Shown in pieces: positions 58,621 through 64,000 of a DNA stretch of 64,000 nucleotides. Location: the NCBI GenBank assembly GCA_040285825.1, contig JAUPSS010000001.1, positions 2,170,001 to 2,234,000 of the forward strand, read 5' to 3'. A program made the position numbers and the translations under genes. Within the stretch, counting starts at the first letter, position 1; each line of letters begins with the position of its first letter. The notes under the pieces are model-generated. The model worked only from the letters and a program-made list of their open reading frames with translations, was not told the DNA's origin and searched no databases. Source of the stretch: Eukaryota sp. TZLM1-RC. Lineage: Eukaryota; Protista; Metamonada: BaSk clade.

Positions 58621-59718
58621 GTTTTGCGTTAATCACAATGCCGCTAAACACTCACACAACAATAGTTCATTAATCATCATTTAAAAGGTCCAAAATATGA
58701 GAAATTTGGTTCAAATGGTGAACAACTTTCAAGAAATATTTGCAGGAAAGCCGTGCAGTCGAACAATAATAGTTGAACATCCGACGGATTTTGATTTTTC
58801 AACATTGTTGGATTCATTGGCATTAAAAGGCCAAAAAATGTGTCGGACTTTGGCAATCGTCGACAAAAATTGTAAGTTCAAAAACGATGCAACAATCAAA
58901 TCAAATAAGCGCTTTTTGCCCAGAATAACGTAATAATAAAACAACCCAAAAAAAGGAAGTTTCAAGTTCAGGACAATTCGACTGCAATTCATTTCATATG
59001 GATTCATTTTCACTGATTTGAAGGAATTTTTGAAATCCAAATTTTAAAATGCAATTATGTGCACTGTACTAGGAAAATAAATCAGATGTTAAAGTAACAA
59101 CTGCTCGCTCATCTATGATTTTGATACCACATTGAAGTCAAATGTTGTGTGTTGTGAAAAATAGATTATTGAGAGAATGATTTATAAAATTTTACTTATA
59201 TTTAATTGAGATCAAAGTCATTTGAATGAACGTGGAATGAAAGTTGCTGAATTGTTTGTCACAAAGACAAATTCGAATGAAATTACTTTGAAGGAATTTT
59301 ATAACCAATATTAGGTACTTAAGTAGGAATTTGGTTACGAATATGTTAGCCAGATCAAATTTCATTGCTCTAGAATAGTTATCGTTTCTGAAGTACAGAA
59401 TTGTATTTAACATTGAACACCGATGTAGAAAAATCAGTCCATCATTTCCACAGTTGCAGATATACAATGTGCAGAAACACTAATTCTATGCTTATATACC
59501 AGTGGGTTGAACTGGGTAGGTTGGAAAATTTAGACTTATGATCTAGGATTATTTCATGTAGGTTGTCCCAAGTTCTATTTCAATTTTAAACATAAAAATG
59601 AAGAATTTGAGTTTCAATTTTCAAAAAGGCGGCTGGACGCACACAGGAAGAAATCAGAAATTCCGACTTCCGTAGGAAAACTATAATAGACAAACTGCTG
59701 ATAAATTGAGATCGCCGA

Positions 59719-60150
59719 GTGCTCCGCCGCAACAAGTTTAATTTCTTTATAAGAAGGCAAAAAAGAATAATGGGATTAATTGAAAAAATTAAACTAATGG
59801 CTAATGAAAGAAAAACCATAATTTGGTTTGGTAGTGGAGGTGATGGGCCATCAAGACAATCTGTGAAAACCCCAAGGAAGCGCTTTTTGAAGGAGATTCA
59901 GAAACAGTTTACATATGTGAAACCTAATGGAGACGAATTCTACACATCTGCCAAAACGAATTGCTGTAAGGTATTCAATCAAAAGTTGTATCACGATGAT
60001 GGGAGGGTGAACAATGAAAAGTTTTTTTACCCTCAATGTCAGACACTCTGGTCGAGGGACATCTCAGCCTTTAGAAACCAGCTGGAGATTGCCATTAGTG
60101 ACCACTACTACAATGAAAGACCTGAGGCGTTCCGGAGACCCCGTAGATAA
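59719..60150 (+). pseudogene. Fanzor1-like nuclease, C-terminal fragment
   Basis: RRNKFNFFIRRQK, IIWFGSG, GDEFYTSAKTNCC, degenerate Zn finger FYPQC, LWSRDISAFRN, ERPEAFRR terminus. Confidence 0.85.
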
Positions 60151-60280
60151 GTGTTTTTCCATGTATTGCGTACATGTAAGCGTATTGTGATGTTGCTGCT
60201 TTAACTATCATTTGATATCATATAGTGATAGAACTAAAGTAAGCTTAATGTCTATCAAGATTGCATGAATTGGTCAAAAG

Positions 60281-61026
60281 TAGACCTGTGCAAAACTCAA
60301 GTCGACTCAACTCGACTCCAGAAAATAGTGAGTCGACTCGACTGGATTTCTGGTCAATCCCTTAGTTTGTTTACTTTCGTTATAAACCAAAACAAAATCT
60401 AAACATAAACAGCAAAACATCTAACACAAAGATTTACTTTCCAACCATGACTGTCAACATAAAGAATCCCTCACACTACAGTCACAAAACAACAAGTTCA
60501 AGTGAACATCTCTTTCTTGATTCAATTTCTCCTGTCTTTGAAAACAACCTTTCACTTGGGACGGATGTAGCTTGAATACAAAGGTCCTTGTCTAGATGCT
60601 TTCGCAAAACTGTCGTCGAAGTGTTCAAAGAGAAGGACTTTATCACTCTCTTTGCTTTGCATTCAGTACAGATTTTAAGTTATTGGAGACCACAAAGCAA
60701 ATATGTCCGGCAAAGTTACGAGTGCGAGGAGATAGATGAATAGGTTCTGCGTCTGAGATTGTACCGATCTCGTCTTCAGTTGTTTGGAGTTTAGGAGGTG
60801 GGGAGCTCATTGGTTGTTTGTATTTGAATAAATGATTTTTTGATAATCTCAATTGTCGAGTTTTATTAACGCTGCAATAATACATTGTGATTTGGTAACT
60901 ATAAAACTAAATACATGCAGCTTTTTCAGATTCCAGCTGAATAATAGGTTTTGTGATACCCAGAGTCGACTCGACTCCACTCTGGAAAAAATGGAGACGA
61001 CTCAATGAGTCGATTGCACAGGTCTA
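60281..61026 (-). mobile_element. Internally deleted hAT transposon (MITE-like)
   Basis: TIRs TAGACCTGTGCA / TGCACAGGTCTA; 8-bp TSD gtcaaaag / ctcaaaag (7 of 8 match); subterminal GAGTCGACTC palindromes; frameshifted BED finger ICTECKAKRVIKSFSLNTSTTVLRKHL on the minus strand. Confidence 0.9.
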
Positions 61027-61067
61027 CTCAAAAGCCGGAAGTGCGTTTTGATAAAATTCATTCTCAA

Positions 61068-61724
61068 ATGCGTCTTCAACGAAACAAAAAGATACGCAAG
61101 GTCCTCAACTTTTACCAAGTCCACTTCGGGCTCAGACCAAAGTATCGTGTTTTAGTCGACTCTTCTTTTATATTACATTGTGATCAATGTAACTTTAGTT
61201 TACATTCCAAACTAAAAGATGCTCTGGGAGACCAATTCAAGGTGTTTGTCTCTTCATGCACACTTTCTGTACTCACTGCTACATCTAGATCTTCACTCAA
61301 ACCATTCTCCTCGGTTTCATGCAATCACACACCCTCTTTACCATGTGGAGAGTGTGTGACCTCACTCACATCTCACAAGTTCTTTATTGCAACGCAAGAT
61401 CGAGATGTGCTCAAGACTATCAATTCTCACCCTGGGATCCCTTCACTTTCATTTCATGGTCCTGTCATCATGGTAAATGAACCTTCTTTGACATCTAAGA
61501 ATGTAGCCCAAAAATCTGAAGATGCGAAGCTTACAGTTGATGTTCCTAAGGAGGAATTGGATGAGCCGGGACAGAAGAAGAGAAAACGTAGGGGACCGAA
61601 GCAACCCAATCCTTTGTCTTGTTTGCCTCCTAAAAAGAAAAAGAATGGAGAAGGTCAAAAAAGTCAAGGAAAGGCAAGAGTTCGGTCAAGGAAAGTCAAA
61701 GAGGTTACGGTCAATAATGGCTAG
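61068..61724 (+). CDS. UTP23: rRNA-processing protein UTP23 (PIN/Fcf1 family)
   Basis: MRLQRNKKIRKVLNFYQVHFGLRPKYRVLVDSSF, CNH, FFIATQD, PGIP, KRRGPKQPNPLSCLPPKKK. True start inferred at ATG 61068. Confidence 0.92.
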   Translation: MRLQRNKKIRKVLNFYQVHFGLRPKYRVLVDSSFILHCDQCNFSLHSKLKDALGDQFKVFVSSCTLSVLTATSRSSLKPFSSVSCNHTPSLPCGECVTSLTSHKFFIATQDRDVLKTINSHPGIPSLSFHGPVIMVNEPSLTSKNVAQKSEDAKLTVDVPKEELDEPGQKKRKRRGPKQPNPLSCLPPKKKKNGEGQKSQGKARVRSRKVKEVTVNNG

Positions 61725-62125
61725 TTTTTGTGCTTGTGCAGCTGATTGTTTATTTGAGTTGTATATTGCTGCCGCTTTTTAATTCAATTTGCATCATTGA
61801 TTTTTTATTAATTTTTTTTATAATGAGTTGTCATGCTAAACGCCTTGAAACATTCTATCTATTCCATTCAGTCCAGAGCATTCATGGTGAAAACAATAAA
61901 TCTGCAAGTCATATAATGATTTTGAAGTATTCATTAGCCAGAAATGGTGGCATTATTTATTGCACAATATGGAATATCTGTATCCTTACTTGTTATATCA
62001 TATGCTTCAAACATACCAAGAACACGTGACAAATTGTCACTGACAATATTTAAGTATCAACCAGCAATTTTGAAATATCTCAATCAAAATCTACTTTAGT
62101 CTTTGTAAAAACTGACAACACTAGT

Positions 62126-62563
62126 TTAAAGTAATGGATTACGTAGCTTACTGTCAAACTTGGAAAATCGCTGGACTTTTTGCTCTACGTCAATGGCATG
62201 CTTCTTTAATTCCTGGTGGGATATTGTTGGCTTAACAGTTTGTAGTTTTTTCAAAAGACGCATGTTCTCTTGTTCAATTTGTTGGTAGGGTAGATCACTT
62301 TTGGGAACTCTTTTCAAAGGAGCCCTCTCTTTTTTGGGGATGGAGGGTTTCGTCGATCGACATCGCCTATGAACATGGTAGTTCTGCCGTTCAATCTCAT
62401 TCATCCTCTCCTTTCTCTGCAGAGTCTTTTTGGATGGTCCATTTGGTATTGTGGATCCTGGTATTGGTTCTCGTATGTATTGCCCAATGGAACTTGTGGC
62501 TTTACTTATCCGATTAGCATGTAGTTTGACTTTTGTGACAGCATCTATTGGGTCTTCAAACAT
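62126..62563 (-). CDS. CFAP97/KIAA1430-domain protein (cilia/flagella associated)
   Basis: ERMNEIERQN and QQIEQENMRLLKKLQTVKPTIS motifs. Confidence 0.65.
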   Translation of the reverse strand: MFEDPIDAVTKVKLHANRISKATSSIGQYIREPIPGSTIPNGPSKKTLQRKERMNEIERQNYHVHRRCRSTKPSIPKKERAPLKRVPKSDLPYQQIEQENMRLLKKLQTVKPTISHQELKKHAIDVEQKVQRFSKFDSKLRNPLL

Positions 62564-64000
62564 ATTTCTTATGAGGAAACTATCAATGAATATAAACCAT
62601 CTTCCAGATTATTCATACATCAACAATATCTATATCAGGATATCTACATGTTACGCTATTCTCAAAATCTATGTACATTTGTTTATTGAACACTGTATAC
62701 TGAATTATGAAGGATACATCATAGAAAAGGCTCAGATGAATGCAAATAGCACCAATGTAATACAAAGACATCTGCTATTTCACTAGTATAGCTGCATCAA
62801 ATAGACAAGGATTTGAAACAAAATCATTTATTCATCTCATTTAACATTCATTTCCCCCTCAAACTGTTACCGGCCCCTTTGGCATTTGCATCCTTCCAAT
62901 CATCCCAATAAGGATCTTTGTAAGTTTGAAAATCAGTCGAATCAATAGTTGAATCGATATAAAATGATTGATTCTGTAGTTGCCGCTGATGAATTTCTTG
63001 TTGAATTTTCTCAGACATTAAACCTCACAATTAATGGTACTAATTCCTTGATGTCACCACTTTCTGAAGTGTGTATTACACTCTACAGAGGTTTCACTGT
63101 TGAGTTGTAATGGTAATGTGTTTTTTCGAAGATTTTGTAATAAACAAACTCGTTCATTGAAATTCAACGCAAAACAAACTTATTGTCTTATTCAGTGTAT
63201 TTGATAATTTGGACAACTGCACCAAATGTGATTAAACGCAGCAGGTTTTATACTGACCTAATGAGCACACATGAGACAGTAGTTCAGATCCATCAGGCAT
63301 TTTGGACAAATTTTCCATCGATAAAGATAACTATACCCTGAAGAAAGAAAAATTGCAAATCTAATGATTCTAGAAGGCAAATACATCAACGTGGACAATC
63401 ATTGAGTATCAGCATTCATATGTTCTGAGTTTAATATTATATTGTTCATTGTACTTTACACTCCATGAATGTGTCAATTCTTCTTTGAATTTCATCATTT
63501 TTAAGTTTGAAAATAATTATCTTACGAATTTTATTTTATGATAGGATTAAATTTCCGTTTCCAGTTAGAGCTGCTTTGTTTCATTATTTCAAATAGAATT
63601 TTAAACTCAGGATCGAAAGCATTTTACAAAATGTGGTATTTTGAATATTTAACATTTATACAATAATGCAATATCGGGAATCACAAGACCACCCTTAGGA
63701 TTTGGTTATTACAGACAACCAAAATTATCGGTTCTAGTGACATCTAACCTTGACTTCAACGTTTTACTCAATATTGAGGTAATAGTAGTTTCAATCAATG
63801 TGATTGGTAATTCATCTACATTTGAATACCAACGTAAAAAATGCGGAAAACATATTTTTATAATTTTTGCCTGCATAGTAAAAAAATGTTTGATTCTAGA
63901 GATGTTTTATCAAATCTTCAATCTTTGGCAAAACATAATTGGAAATACTGTGGATATTGCAAGCATCTGTTGGGTATTGATTACCTAAAACTCTGAATCC

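Noticed and set aside
60295-61012. GAGTCGACTC repeats as a possible CRISPR-like array
   Set aside because: Irregular spacing and confined to the ends of the hAT element; they are subterminal repeats. No CRISPR array was seen in the window.
61005-61067. ORF-track start of UTP23
   Set aside because: Lies inside the hAT element; the conserved N-terminus begins at 61068
1-64000. Stop-codon reassignment as an explanation for the broken ORFs
   Set aside because: Conserved genes and ORFs of about 4,000 aa or more are intact under the standard code; the breaks are frameshifts in TE relics

Overview
AT-rich eukaryotic DNA, most likely from a flagellated protist: standard genetic code, very short GT-AG introns of about 30 nt, and a CFAP97-like gene. 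Host genes are ELP2, a small secreted protein, an LRR-like protein, an AT-hook/HTH protein, an F-box/WD40 protein, UTP23, a CFAP97-domain protein, and a giant membrane-anchored surface protein of about 8,600 aa. That giant gene spans 20.4-46.3 kb and is split into two ORFs by a single +1 frame break. The genes sit among decayed and nested mobile elements: many fragments of a CRE-like (restriction-like endonuclease) non-LTR retrotransposon, a degraded chromodomain-bearing Ty3/Gypsy element, a young 1.1-kb gag-only LTR element, internally deleted hAT and Mutator elements, an unclassified long-TIR element and an LSU rRNA pseudogene fragment. The most notable signal is three mutually divergent Fanzor (eukaryotic TnpB-like RNA-guided nuclease) remnants. 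Two of them are followed directly by sequence that can fold into hairpins, which are candidate omegaRNAs. All calls come from motif reading by eye; no searches were run and mobile-element boundaries are approximate unless stated.
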